From Rhodothermales bacterium (GTDB lineage: Bacteria; Bacteroidota; Rhodothermia; Rhodothermales; VXPQ01), in NCBI GenBank assembly GCA_040904565.1, contig JBBDTI010000016.1, positions 132,428 through 176,861 on the forward strand: DNA of 44,434 nucleotides, in the 5' to 3' direction. The position numbers and the translations under genes are program-made. Under the pieces are notes generated by a model that was not told where the DNA came from, did not search any database, and saw nothing but the letters and a program-made list of their open reading frames with translations. Shown in pieces: positions 16,299 to 27,080 of the stretch (its first letter is position 1; the number at the start of each line of letters is the position of its first letter).

Positions 16299-17543
16299 TC
16301 ACGTGTTCTCGAAGCGGAGCGAGTCCTCCAGGTAGGGGGAACGGTGAGGCACGAGATGGTGGCGCGTCAGGCGGTACATGAACGCAGCCACAAAAAGTCC
16401 GAAGAGACCCAGCCAGCTGGCCACGTCCAGCATGTGGATTGCCGCCGCATCCGGATGCAGGACGGGCATGGCGAGCCAGTGCAGGTCGAACCACTGCATC
16501 ACGAGCAGCCAGACGCAGAATAAGCCAAGCAGCGGCTTCGAGCGCTTCACGCCCCGCGGAAGCAGGACGATGAACGGTATGATGAAATGACAGATCAAAA
16601 GGATGGCACTGTGCACCTCCCAGCCGTGCTCGAGCCTGTGTCGAAACCACAACGTCTCCTCGGGAATGTTGCCGTACCAGATCAGCATGTACTGGCTGAA
16701 CGCGATATAGGCCCAGAAGACGACGAATCCGAAGGTCATCTTGCCGAGATCCTGATAATGTTCTTTCGTCACGACGCGGCGCAGGCTCCCGCGCCCCTGC
16801 AGCGTCATCGACACCAGGGCGAGGAAGGCGTGGATCGACATGAAGGCGCCGGCGAAGATGTAGACCCCGAAGATGGTCGAAAACCAGTGGGGATCGAGCG
16901 ACATGAGCAGGTCGTAGCTGGCGAAGGCCGTCGTCACGGCCGTTAATGCCAGACCCCACGCACTCACCTTCCGCTGGCGGGCCGGGATGGACGGATCGCC
17001 CGTGGCATCCTCCTCCAGCGAGAGCCGGTACAGCTTGTAGCCTACCAGGCTCCACGCCAGAAAGTAGATGGCGAGGCGGGCGAGGAAAAATGGAACGTTC
17101 AGATAGGCCGTCTTGCCGGCCAGGATGGGGTCATTCGCCACCACATCCGCATGCGTCCAGTGATACAGATCGTGCATGCCGAACAAAATCGGGATGCCCA
17201 GCACGGCGAGCAGCGGGAAGCTCCACAGAAGCGCCTCGGCCATGCGCCGTACGACGACGCTCCACCGTGCCTTCGTCAGATGCTGGATCAGCACGAAGAA
17301 CAGTGCACCCAGCGCGATCGTCAGGCAGAACGCCCACCCCACGAGGTACGAGAAGTAAAACTGGTGCGGGTCCGTCGCCCAGCCGACGAGGCTTACGACG
17401 ATGCCGATGGCACCGACGAGTAATGGGATACCCCATATACGCCAGTCGCCGCGGAAGCTGTAGTCGTCACCCGCATCACCTACCGTGGGCTCGAACGGAT
17501 CCAGCAGGCTTCGTGCTATGCTGCTCTTCTTCAAAGTCGCCAT
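16299..17543 (-). CDS. actF: Alternative complex III subunit ActF
   Basis: About ten TM helices; HLTKARW, MSLDPHWFSTIFG, YIAFSQYMLIWYGNIPEET. Confidence 0.92.
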   Translation of the reverse strand: MATLKKSSIARSLLDPFEPTVGDAGDDYSFRGDWRIWGIPLLVGAIGIVVSLVGWATDPHQFYFSYLVGWAFCLTIALGALFFVLIQHLTKARWSVVVRRMAEALLWSFPLLAVLGIPILFGMHDLYHWTHADVVANDPILAGKTAYLNVPFFLARLAIYFLAWSLVGYKLYRLSLEEDATGDPSIPARQRKVSAWGLALTAVTTAFASYDLLMSLDPHWFSTIFGVYIFAGAFMSIHAFLALVSMTLQGRGSLRRVVTKEHYQDLGKMTFGFVVFWAYIAFSQYMLIWYGNIPEETLWFRHRLEHGWEVHSAILLICHFIIPFIVLLPRGVKRSKPLLGLFCVWLLVMQWFDLHWLAMPVLHPDAAAIHMLDVASWLGLFGLFVAAFMYRLTRHHLVPHRSPYLEDSLRFENT

Positions 17544-17610
17544 CTATCTAGTCGTTATCTCCTGCCGCCTGTCCCGTGGAATCCGTCATACGGTTCGTCT
17601 TCGCTGTGTG

Positions 17611-18243
17611 CTATTCCCGCCCGGACGATCCCGCACCCTGCTGAATCTCAGCACGTATGCCGGCCGGCACGTCATCGGGCGTCGCATACTGGCTGCGCTG
17701 CAGCGCGCGGACGTATGCGACGATGGCCCATCGATCCGCCGTCGGGACCTGCTTTCCGTACGCAGGCATCGTTCGCACGCCGTTGGCAATGACGTCGTAG
17801 ACGTAGCCGTCCTCGACCTCGCGGAGCCGCTCACCATGGAACGTTGGAACCGGAGTGAGCCCGTAACCTCCCGTAGCGACGATCCCCTGCCCGTCGCCCG
17901 CCGACCCGTGGCACGGCGTACAGAAAATCTCGTAGCGCTCCTGCCCCCGCTCCAGCAAGGCCATCGTCGTCGGCACGGGGAGGTCTTCGACGTAGCCCCC
18001 GTCCGTGCCGCGGCCCTCGTAGAACCCGACATCCTCGCGCAGCATACCGCGTGCGACGGTCCCTGCCACCGGCATCCGCATAGAGCGATTGTCGGCGAAG
18101 AACGGATTGGATTCCTGCGGATCGAAGCGCTCCTGAAAATCCATATTCCGGTTCAGGTGGATGGGCTCCCGATCGCTGAGCGTGCCCCGGCAGGAGGCCA
18201 GCACGAAGGCCGCGAAAAGTATGAGCGTGGTTGCTTTATTCAT
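17611..18243 (-). CDS. actE: Alternative complex III monoheme cytochrome c lipoprotein ActE
   Basis: Lipoprotein signal MNKATTLILFAAFVLASC, CTPCH, MPAYG, DRWAIVAYVRALQ; start moved to 18243 (ATGA overlap with actD). Confidence 0.92.
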   Translation of the reverse strand: MNKATTLILFAAFVLASCRGTLSDREPIHLNRNMDFQERFDPQESNPFFADNRSMRMPVAGTVARGMLREDVGFYEGRGTDGGYVEDLPVPTTMALLERGQERYEIFCTPCHGSAGDGQGIVATGGYGLTPVPTFHGERLREVEDGYVYDVIANGVRTMPAYGKQVPTADRWAIVAYVRALQRSQYATPDDVPAGIRAEIQQGAGSSGRE

Positions 18244-18824
18244 TCCGTTTCCGTGAGCAATTCGATATTGTATCCGCCGAGATCTTTCAACAGCTTCTCC
18301 GTCGCGTCGCGGCCGAAACGCCTGTCGCTGGCCGCAATGTGCAGGAAGAAGGCGTCGTCCGTCGCACGGGCAAAATTCTTGGAGTAAAACAGCGGGTTGT
18401 GCGGACGGGGCAACCCGTTGAGCGCCAGCATGCCCACTACGGCACCGAAGGCGGCAAAGAGCACGGTCAGCTCGAACATGATCGGGATCGAGGGCTCGAT
18501 GGCGAAAAACGGCTTGCCGCTGATGTTGATGGGGTAGTCTGCCGCGCTGGTCCACCACTGAAGCCAGTAGGCCAGCGCCAGCCCCGTGATGCCGCCGCCG
18601 AGTGTAAAAAATCCGACCTTCGAGTTTCCGAGCCCCATCGCGCGATCCATCCCGTGAATGGGAAATGGGCTGTGCGTATCGAAATGCGTGTATCCCGCCT
18701 CGCGGACGCCTTCCGCGGCGTGCAGCAGCGCACCCGGATCGGAGAACTCCGCCAGCAAGCCGTACGCCGGCTCGCTCTCGTAGATACCCATCGAGGCCTT
18801 TATTTCCGTAAGAAGTTTCTTCAT
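18240..18824 (-). CDS. actD: Alternative complex III subunit ActD (DUF3341)
   Basis: GLLAEF, HSPFPIHG, YPINISGKP, PIMFELTVL, FFLHI. Confidence 0.92.
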   Translation of the reverse strand: MKKLLTEIKASMGIYESEPAYGLLAEFSDPGALLHAAEGVREAGYTHFDTHSPFPIHGMDRAMGLGNSKVGFFTLGGGITGLALAYWLQWWTSAADYPINISGKPFFAIEPSIPIMFELTVLFAAFGAVVGMLALNGLPRPHNPLFYSKNFARATDDAFFLHIAASDRRFGRDATEKLLKDLGGYNIELLTETE

Positions 18825-18859
18825 AGACAGGTTGGATCTCAGGTTGTCCAGCGGTCCGA

Positions 18860-20296
<1,437 letters not shown>

Positions 20297-20313
20297 GTTA
20301 ATTCAGTTTTGGG

Positions 20314-20329
20314 GTTGGCAGTTGGCAGT
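20314..20329 (+). repeat. Short heptamer tandem repeat (GTTGGCA)2GT in the actB-actC spacer
   Basis: Read directly from the sequence. Confidence 0.7.
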
Positions 20330-20347
20330 GAACGAATGGCGGATGAC

Positions 20348-23300
20348 TTAGCCCTCCTGGCCGGCTTCCGGCGCCAGCGCCGCATTCGGATTCGTGACTC
20401 GTGCGAGGTACGACGTGCGTGGCTTTACCAACAGCTCCGCCAGCATCTCGTACCTGCGTGGATTGCGCTTGGCCTGCATAACCTTGCTGGTGGGATCGTT
20501 GAGGTCGCCGAACGTGATGGCCTGCGCCGGACACGACTGCTGGCACGCCGTCTTTACCTCGCCGTCTTCCAGTGCACGATCCTCCACGTTGGCCGTCCGC
20601 TGGGCGCCGCGCACCCGCTGGATGCAGTAGGAGCATTTCTCCATCACGCCGCGGAAACGCACCGTGACGTTCGGATTCTGCGCCATCTGGACCGTATTCG
20701 GAAGGGTCTTGGACCAGTTGAAGAAATTGTAGCGGCGGACCTTGTACGGGCAGTTGTTGGAGCAGTAGCGCGTCCCGATGCACCGATTATAGATCATCTG
20801 GTTCGTGCCATCCGGGGAATGAACGGTCGCCGCGACCGGACAAACCTGTTCGCACGGGGCATTCTCGCAGTGCATACAGGGTATCGGCTGGACGACCATT
20901 TCGGGCTCGTCCGTCCCGCCATCTCCCGAGACGAAGTACCGGTCGATGCGCAGCCAGTGCATCTCGCGACCGCGACCGACCTCGTCCTTCCCGACCATCT
21001 GGATGTTATTCTCGCTGTTGCAGGCCACGATGCACGCATTGCAGCCGGTGCACGAGTTCAGGTCGATGACCATCCCCCACTGGTTCTGATGATACCGATT
21101 GTCCTGGAAGGCCGGCTCGCCGGTCGGATGCCGGTCCTCCCACAGCGTGGGATACTCCTCCCATGGCTCTCCGCCTTGAACGAGCGGCACGGCCTCGCCG
21201 GCGAACTCCGGGCTTTCCCTGAACTCACCGAGCGTGGCCTTCCGCACGAGCGGGCGGCCCTCCATCGATCCGTGCTCCTGCGTCGTCGAAATGGTGTACG
21301 TCTCGCCCGTCCGCTCGACGGAAGCACCCGAAAGCACCGGGTTCATGTCCGCCCCGCGCAGCAGGGCGACGTTGGTACCGACCCCGTTGGCCAGCGGACC
21401 GTCCGCATAAATATCCGTGTAATGATCGAGATCGAAGAAGCGGGCTTCCCGGGGTGGACGCGTCGTTTCGATCCGGCGCCCGTAACCGAGTGTCAGGTGA
21501 ATAGAGTCGTCTGCGAGACCGGGCTGCACCCAGGCCGGCAGCCGGATGCTTCGTCCTTCGGCGGCGATCTCAACGATATCGACGTCGTACTGGCCCTTAT
21601 TGTATCGGGGCTCGACGCCCAGGCGCTCTGCCGTAGCCGGACTCATAAGCGCCACGTTGTCCCACACGATCTTCGTCGTGGGGTCCGGGAGCTCCATCAT
21701 CCAGGCATTGTTCGCGAAGGACCCATCCAGCACCGTGGGATCGAGATGAAACACAACTTCCATCTCACCCCCCGCTGCCGTCGCTCCGGATAGATCGAGG
21801 GTCGAAACACCGTCGATCGAAACCGTCGCATACCCGCTGTCGGGGAGGAATCCGTCGTGCAGGACGCGGCGCCACTGCGCCTCGAAATCACCGGAGAGAT
21901 ACTGGGACCAGCGATCGCGAACGAGGTCGTAACCCGTCGTGGCGCTGCCCGTGGCCAGAACGTTGACGACCTCGACGGCCGACTTCGCGTCCGCATAGAG
22001 CGGCGCGATGAGCGGCTGGATGACGGAAAGCGTACCGTCGTACGCACGGCCGTCGCCCCACGCTTCGAGATAGTGGGCCCGCGGGATGTGCCAGCGGGCC
22101 GAACGGCCCGTTTCGTCGAGGTGGCTTCCCAGGTGAATCGTCTGTCCGACACCGGCCATGGCCTCGGCGAATTCGAGCTCAGGCGGCGCATCGTATACCG
22201 GGTTGACGCCGACCACAAGCAGCACGTCGACCGCACCGTCACGCATGTCGGATACGACTTCGGCGAGATCGCTGGACTGCGGGCCGGCGGCTTCCTGTTC
22301 GGTATCTAGATAGGTAACCGTCGTGCCGACCGCTCCCAGCGCGGCGTTGATGCCGGCGGCGAGCGCGTGCACTTCCGGAGGCTGCGTGTCCCCGGCAGCC
22401 ACGACGCCTCGCGTTCCCGCGGATTGCAGGTCGGCGACGAGCGCCTCGAAGAACGGATCGCCGTCGTAGTCTCCCTGCGCGGAGCCGCCGACACCGAGTC
22501 GGGCCGCCAGCGCATCGGCAAAGGCCGGAATCTCTCCGGCACGAAGCCGTCGTCGGTGATCGGCCATGCCGCCGGTAAGCGAAAAGGTGCTCTCCACGGC
22601 GTACAGACGGCTCATCTCGTCCTCGGCCGTCTCAAGGCGGCGGCCGCTGGCAAACTCGGCCGTATTGTGCACGTGATTGACGTCGGTGGGACCTAGAAAG
22701 TCGGCGTCCAGGCTGACGATTACATCCGCCTCAGAGAACCGGTAAACCGGGCGAGCGGGCCGACCGGTCACCATCTGGAGCCCCAGGCGACCAGGGTCAT
22801 CCCCTTCGGCCGCGTAGGTCACCCAGCGTAGATTCGAGAACCGCTCCCCGAGCTGCGAGCGAACAGACTGCAGCGTGGGCGAGGAGCTCGGCTCGGCCAG
22901 CACGACCACACGGGCATCATCGGACACCTGCCGCGCCGCGGCTACGAAGTCGCTCCAGGTAGACTCGGCCCCTTCATAAAGGACGTTGCCCGACCGGTCC
23001 GGGTCATACATGTTGAGGACCGACGCCTGCTCGAAGACGCCCGTCGCACCGTGCGATAGAGGATGCTGCGGGTTTCCCTCTATTTTCGTTGGGCGACCTT
23101 CGTGACTTTCCACCAGGACGCCGCGGACGATCCCGCGAAACGGCATCGCCGTGGCGTAATAGAGCGGCTCTCCCGGTACGATCTCTTCCGGCTGCCGCGT
23201 ATACGGAAGCGTCGTCTCGACCGGACGCCGGCAGGCGGTAAGTCCGGCCATGGCCATCGACGCGCCCATGATCTGAAGGAACTGGCGCCGGGACGTTCCG

Positions 23301-23455
23301 CTCGGAGCTTCGTTGGCCCCGGGCATGAATTCCTGGGACTGCGCCTCCCGGAGCTCCGGATCACCCTGCAAATCGGCAACGCTCCGCCAGAACCGCTCGC
23401 GCGGTTCCTCCGAATCCGTGCATCCGTTATCTACGACGGGAAGTTCGATCATCAT
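20348..23455 (-). CDS. actB: Alternative complex III subunit ActB (Tat-exported molybdopterin oxidoreductase-like domain fused to an Fe-S domain)
   Basis: SRRQFLQ Tat motif followed by GLTAC, EGRPTKIEGNP, Fe-S motifs CTGCNACIVAC, CMHCENAPCEQVCP, CIGTRYCSNNCP, CSYC..CQQSCP; start at 23455 or 23452. Confidence 0.95.
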   Translation of the reverse strand: MMIELPVVDNGCTDSEEPRERFWRSVADLQGDPELREAQSQEFMPGANEAPSGTSRRQFLQIMGASMAMAGLTACRRPVETTLPYTRQPEEIVPGEPLYYATAMPFRGIVRGVLVESHEGRPTKIEGNPQHPLSHGATGVFEQASVLNMYDPDRSGNVLYEGAESTWSDFVAAARQVSDDARVVVLAEPSSSPTLQSVRSQLGERFSNLRWVTYAAEGDDPGRLGLQMVTGRPARPVYRFSEADVIVSLDADFLGPTDVNHVHNTAEFASGRRLETAEDEMSRLYAVESTFSLTGGMADHRRRLRAGEIPAFADALAARLGVGGSAQGDYDGDPFFEALVADLQSAGTRGVVAAGDTQPPEVHALAAGINAALGAVGTTVTYLDTEQEAAGPQSSDLAEVVSDMRDGAVDVLLVVGVNPVYDAPPELEFAEAMAGVGQTIHLGSHLDETGRSARWHIPRAHYLEAWGDGRAYDGTLSVIQPLIAPLYADAKSAVEVVNVLATGSATTGYDLVRDRWSQYLSGDFEAQWRRVLHDGFLPDSGYATVSIDGVSTLDLSGATAAGGEMEVVFHLDPTVLDGSFANNAWMMELPDPTTKIVWDNVALMSPATAERLGVEPRYNKGQYDVDIVEIAAEGRSIRLPAWVQPGLADDSIHLTLGYGRRIETTRPPREARFFDLDHYTDIYADGPLANGVGTNVALLRGADMNPVLSGASVERTGETYTISTTQEHGSMEGRPLVRKATLGEFRESPEFAGEAVPLVQGGEPWEEYPTLWEDRHPTGEPAFQDNRYHQNQWGMVIDLNSCTGCNACIVACNSENNIQMVGKDEVGRGREMHWLRIDRYFVSGDGGTDEPEMVVQPIPCMHCENAPCEQVCPVAATVHSPDGTNQMIYNRCIGTRYCSNNCPYKVRRYNFFNWSKTLPNTVQMAQNPNVTVRFRGVMEKCSYCIQRVRGAQRTANVEDRALEDGEVKTACQQSCPAQAITFGDLNDPTSKVMQAKRNPRRYEMLAELLVKPRTSYLARVTNPNAALAPEAGQEG

Positions 23456-23519
23456 TTTCAGTCGCTCGTTGCAAGATGCTGGTCGCCGGCACTGCAAGTG
23501 CTCGTACCGCGCAGCCAGT

Positions 23520-23540
23520 CTATCTAACTATCTAACTATC
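23520..23540 (+). repeat. Octamer tandem repeat (CTATCTAA)2CTATC in the actA-actB spacer
   Basis: Read directly from the sequence. Confidence 0.75.
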
Positions 23541-23605
23541 CATAAAACCCATTCGCCGCACGCCCCGCCACTGCGGGCAGCCGACACCCGTTCGTCGTGC
23601 GAACC

Positions 23606-24253
23606 TCAATAATGGCAGGCCGAGCAGTTTGTCGGAGGCAAAATCCCCTCCCGCTCGATGCGCTGCAGGTTTTGGTCGACGAAGTTCGTGGGATGCTCGT
23701 AACCCATCGTCGCGACCTCGTCGTCCGGCCGCAGATACAGCTCCGGCTGCCGATGACACTCGAGACACCAGCCCATCGACAAGGGCTCTACCTGCGAAAC
23801 GACGTCCATCTGGTCGATGCGGCCGTGACAGGTCTCACAGCCGACGCCGCTCGTAACGTGCACGGCGTGACTGAAATGCACGTAGTCCGGCAGGAAACTC
23901 ACCTTCACCCACTCGACGGGATCACCCGTAGCAAAGCTCTCTCGCACGGGCAGAAGATTCAGCGACTCGGTCTGAATCTGCGCGTGGCAGTTCATGCAGG
24001 TCTCCGTCGGCGGTACGTTCGCCGTCGCCGTCATCGCCACATTCGTATGGCAATACTGACAGTCTATGCCGAGCTCCCCGACGTGCAATCGATGACTGTA
24101 TGGAACCGGCTGCTCGGGCGCATATCCGACGTCGGTATATTCCGGCGAGAAGTAATACCAGACGAGAAAAATGACAACCACGCCCCCAAGAAGTGCCCCC
24201 ACCAGAGAGAGGAGGGGCAGGAGGTTCGCCTTCTTCGGAAAAATTTGAGGCAT
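23606..24253 (-). CDS. actA: Alternative complex III pentaheme cytochrome c ActA
   Basis: N-terminal TM, PEQPVPYSHRLH, five CxxCH motifs (CQYCH, CMNCH, CETCH, CLECH, CSACH). Confidence 0.96.
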   Translation of the reverse strand: MPQIFPKKANLLPLLSLVGALLGGVVVIFLVWYYFSPEYTDVGYAPEQPVPYSHRLHVGELGIDCQYCHTNVAMTATANVPPTETCMNCHAQIQTESLNLLPVRESFATGDPVEWVKVSFLPDYVHFSHAVHVTSGVGCETCHGRIDQMDVVSQVEPLSMGWCLECHRQPELYLRPDDEVATMGYEHPTNFVDQNLQRIEREGILPPTNCSACHY

Positions 24254-24340
24254 TCAGACGCGCACTTTGTCCGTGATACGGGATTCTCCCCAACGCAGCA
24301 AAGCTAATGCTTTGAGGAAACCGGCGGGGAGCCCACCGTT

Positions 24341-24444
24341 GAATTTAGGGTAAAATGACTCCGCCGTACTGCGGAACGCCAAAGATTTGCTCTATGGGTG
24401 AACGTATCGGTGTCCGCACGGCTAAGCATCGGTCCCCTAAATTC
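24341..24444. repeat. 10-bp perfect inverted repeat upstream of actA
   Basis: GAATTTAGGG (24341-24350) and CCCTAAATTC (24435-24444). Confidence 0.7.
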
Positions 24445-24785
24445 GCCGATGAGGATGGTCAAAATCAAACCCATCGTTCCGCTTCTTCCGTTTCTACCGA
24501 AACTTCGTCAAGTTCATTCGTCAAATTAACCGGTTTTCAGACCGTCTTCCCGAATATCCTATGCAGCGCAATAACTCCGTCGCCGCATCCCGGTGGCGGT
24601 GAACGCAACGCCGGGGGCGATCGGTCGACCGTACCGAATGCGCAGACATGCCTACGTGACCCGGTGCACGTTCGACCCGATGAACGACGAATCATGAACT
24701 CCGTCGAAGCGTTCTTTGGACGATCTCCTGACAAACCACCGTATCCAGGCCGGGTGCACCGGCCCTCCAGACGCACTTCCTGACC

Positions 24786-26876
24786 ATGGGCACACCGACT
24801 CTACAGCCGCACACTCCCGCTGCCGCACGTAGCGACGTGGTGGACCTGTCCGTCGTCATCGTCAATTATAACGTCCGGGAATTCCTGGAACAGGCGCTTC
24901 GATCCGTCCAGCGTGCCGGCGCCGGCATCAATATGGAGGTCTTCGTCGTCGACAACAACTCCGTCGACGGAAGTCCGGCCATGGTACGAGAGCAGTTCCC
25001 GGACGTACAGCTGATCGCCAACGCACGCAACGTCGGGTTCGGCACCGCCAACAACCAGGCCCTCCGCCAGGCTCGCGGCCGATACGCACTCGTTCTCAAT
25101 CCCGATACGATCGTTCAGGAAGACACGTTCGAGAAGCTGATCCGCTTCATGGACGACCAACCGGACGCCGGCGCGGTAGGGTGTACGATCTTGCATCCCG
25201 ACGGATCGTTCGCCCTGGAGAGCCGGCGCGCCTTTCCGACCCCCAGCGTCGCGTTTTACCGGCTGATCGGGCTCGCCTCGGCGTTTCCCGGCAGCCCGGT
25301 CTTCGGCCGCTATAATATGATGTACCTGCCTCGGGACGAGGTCGCCGAGGTCGACGCGCTGAGCGGATCCTGTATGCTCGTCAGGCGTCGCGCCCTCTTC
25401 GGGGAGGACGGTGCGGGGCTCTTCGACGAGGACTTCTTCATGTATGGAGAGGATCTCGACTTGTGTTATCGAATCCAGCAGGCGGGATGGAAGATCTACT
25501 ATACCCCCGAGACGCAGATCATCCACTATAAGGGGGAGAGCACGAAAAAAGGCGACCTGACGTACGTCCGCCTTTTCTACGGCGCGATGCTCCGTTTTAC
25601 GGAGAAGCACTTCGAAGGGCGCTATTCGGGCCTCTTCGCGCTCGCGCTCCGCCTGGCCATCATGGGGCGAGCGGCACTCTCGGTTCTCGGTAAGACTACG
25701 CGGTCTTTGGCCTGGCCGGCGCTGGACTTCGTGACGGTCTACGTTGCGGCCGTCGCTACCGCGATGATGCATGCCTACGCAGTGGACGCCGGCGTGGCGC
25801 CACTGTATTTCGGAACGGTCGCTCCGGCATACGCGCTGGGATCCGTGGGCGGCATCGTCGCCGCGGGAGGTTACGGGCACCGCCGCCGCATCCGTCCGGT
25901 TTGGACAGGGGTCTTCGTCGGATTCCTCGTGGTCGCGAGTGCCTCGTTTTTTATCAAGGACATCGCCTTTTCCCGGGCCGTCATCCTCCTTACTTATCCG
26001 CTTGCCGCAGTGATGGCTACGGCGAGCCGCTTGGTTATGTACCGCAGAAACCGGCAGGCGACAAACCCGCGGCGCGCCGTGCTGGTCGGGGCGCGCGACG
26101 AGGCGCTTCGCCTCCAGCGCATGCTGGCCCGCCATCCGCAGCCGCCCATGAGCCTCGAAGGGTACGTCTGGACGGAGACGGAAGGATCGGAGGCTGCAGA
26201 GACGGAGACCGCCGGGACGCGGGCCAACGGAGAAGACGAAGGGTCTCGACCGCCGCGCATCGGCCACCTGGACCAGCTGCGGGACCTGATCCGGCTTCGG
26301 GACGTCGATGAGGTTATATTTGCTTCTGCCACGCTGTCGAATCAGGATATCTTTCGCCACATTCAGCAGCTCGGGGACGTGGCGGCGCACGTGCGCATCC
26401 TGGCAGCGGATCGCGATCACGTGATCGGCAAGGCGTCGGTTGACGACCTTTCGATGGTCGATCTGGTCGAAGCTCACGATGCCCTGGCACATACGCGACC
26501 GAGGGCGGCCCGGCGGCTCTTCGAGATCTGCCTGTCGCTCGTCGGTCTTCTGATACATCCGTTTGCCTCTCTCGTCGCCCGGTTCTCGGGGCCGGACTCG
26601 CTCGCGGCGCGGCTCAGCCGGAAAACGCGCAAGCTGCCCGCAGTGCTGACGGGGCAGTTGCGTCTCGTCGGCTATGCCGGCGACGCCGGCTACACGCCGC
26701 CGCCGGAATGGAACCTGAAACCCGCGGTGTTTCCCGTCGTCGACGCACTTGATTTCCAGGAGGACGATCGAGACGTCATCTCGACGGCCTACTGGTTTTA
26801 TGTAAGAAATGAGTCCGCTTCCTTAGATTGGGACGTCATCATGCGCTCTCTGCGCCAGGCGCGCGAGCGCGCCTAG
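24786..26876 (+). CDS. GT2 family glycosyltransferase fused to a degenerate phosphoglycosyltransferase-like C-terminal half
   Basis: SVVIVNYN, VVDNNS, NVGFGTANN, LNPD, FDEDFFMYGEDLD; then TM helices, RRAVLVG Rossmann-like region and a sugar-transferase-like tail. Confidence 0.88.
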   Translation: MGTPTLQPHTPAAARSDVVDLSVVIVNYNVREFLEQALRSVQRAGAGINMEVFVVDNNSVDGSPAMVREQFPDVQLIANARNVGFGTANNQALRQARGRYALVLNPDTIVQEDTFEKLIRFMDDQPDAGAVGCTILHPDGSFALESRRAFPTPSVAFYRLIGLASAFPGSPVFGRYNMMYLPRDEVAEVDALSGSCMLVRRRALFGEDGAGLFDEDFFMYGEDLDLCYRIQQAGWKIYYTPETQIIHYKGESTKKGDLTYVRLFYGAMLRFTEKHFEGRYSGLFALALRLAIMGRAALSVLGKTTRSLAWPALDFVTVYVAAVATAMMHAYAVDAGVAPLYFGTVAPAYALGSVGGIVAAGGYGHRRRIRPVWTGVFVGFLVVASASFFIKDIAFSRAVILLTYPLAAVMATASRLVMYRRNRQATNPRRAVLVGARDEALRLQRMLARHPQPPMSLEGYVWTETEGSEAAETETAGTRANGEDEGSRPPRIGHLDQLRDLIRLRDVDEVIFASATLSNQDIFRHIQQLGDVAAHVRILAADRDHVIGKASVDDLSMVDLVEAHDALAHTRPRAARRLFEICLSLVGLLIHPFASLVARFSGPDSLAARLSRKTRKLPAVLTGQLRLVGYAGDAGYTPPPEWNLKPAVFPVVDALDFQEDDRDVISTAYWFYVRNESASLDWDVIMRSLRQARERA

Positions 26877-26936
26877 GTGCATCGACCTGGGCGCATCACG
26901 GGCTTACCCTGACCCACTTACCGAGCAATCGCGTGC

Positions 26937-26947
26937 ATATATATATA
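26937..26947 (+). repeat. (AT)5A dinucleotide run upstream of accA
   Basis: ATATATATATA read directly, in a GC-rich context. Confidence 0.7.
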
Positions 26948-27080
26948 GCCTGGCCCGAACGCCGCTGCCGCGCATCACGTACGCCGTTGATGACGGCTTC
27001 AAGCGGATCTTACGCGCGGTGAAACCGTGTGCAACCGAGAAGCCGCCTCGCCAATTGCCCACCACTACCTGTGACGATGT

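Noticed and set aside
20348-23455. ActB as a catalytic molybdoenzyme partner for the EbdC-like protein
   Set aside because: ActB in characterised alternative complex III carries Fe-S clusters but no molybdenum cofactor; its context here is standard.
24455-24468. FNR-like site TTGAT-TTTG-ACCAT on the minus strand upstream of actA
   Set aside because: Only one half-site matches TTGAT-N4-ATCAA well; too weak to call.
24355-24783. 142-aa and 79-aa ORFs in the actA/GT2 spacer
   Set aside because: No motifs or RBS; the region is better explained as a divergent control region.
24801-26558. 585-aa minus-strand ORF and similar long antisense or off-frame ORFs (20288-21793, 18924-20183, 11714-13021, 32779-33822)
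   Set aside because: Each overlaps a well-supported gene and has Arg/Pro/Ala-rich or motif-free translation.
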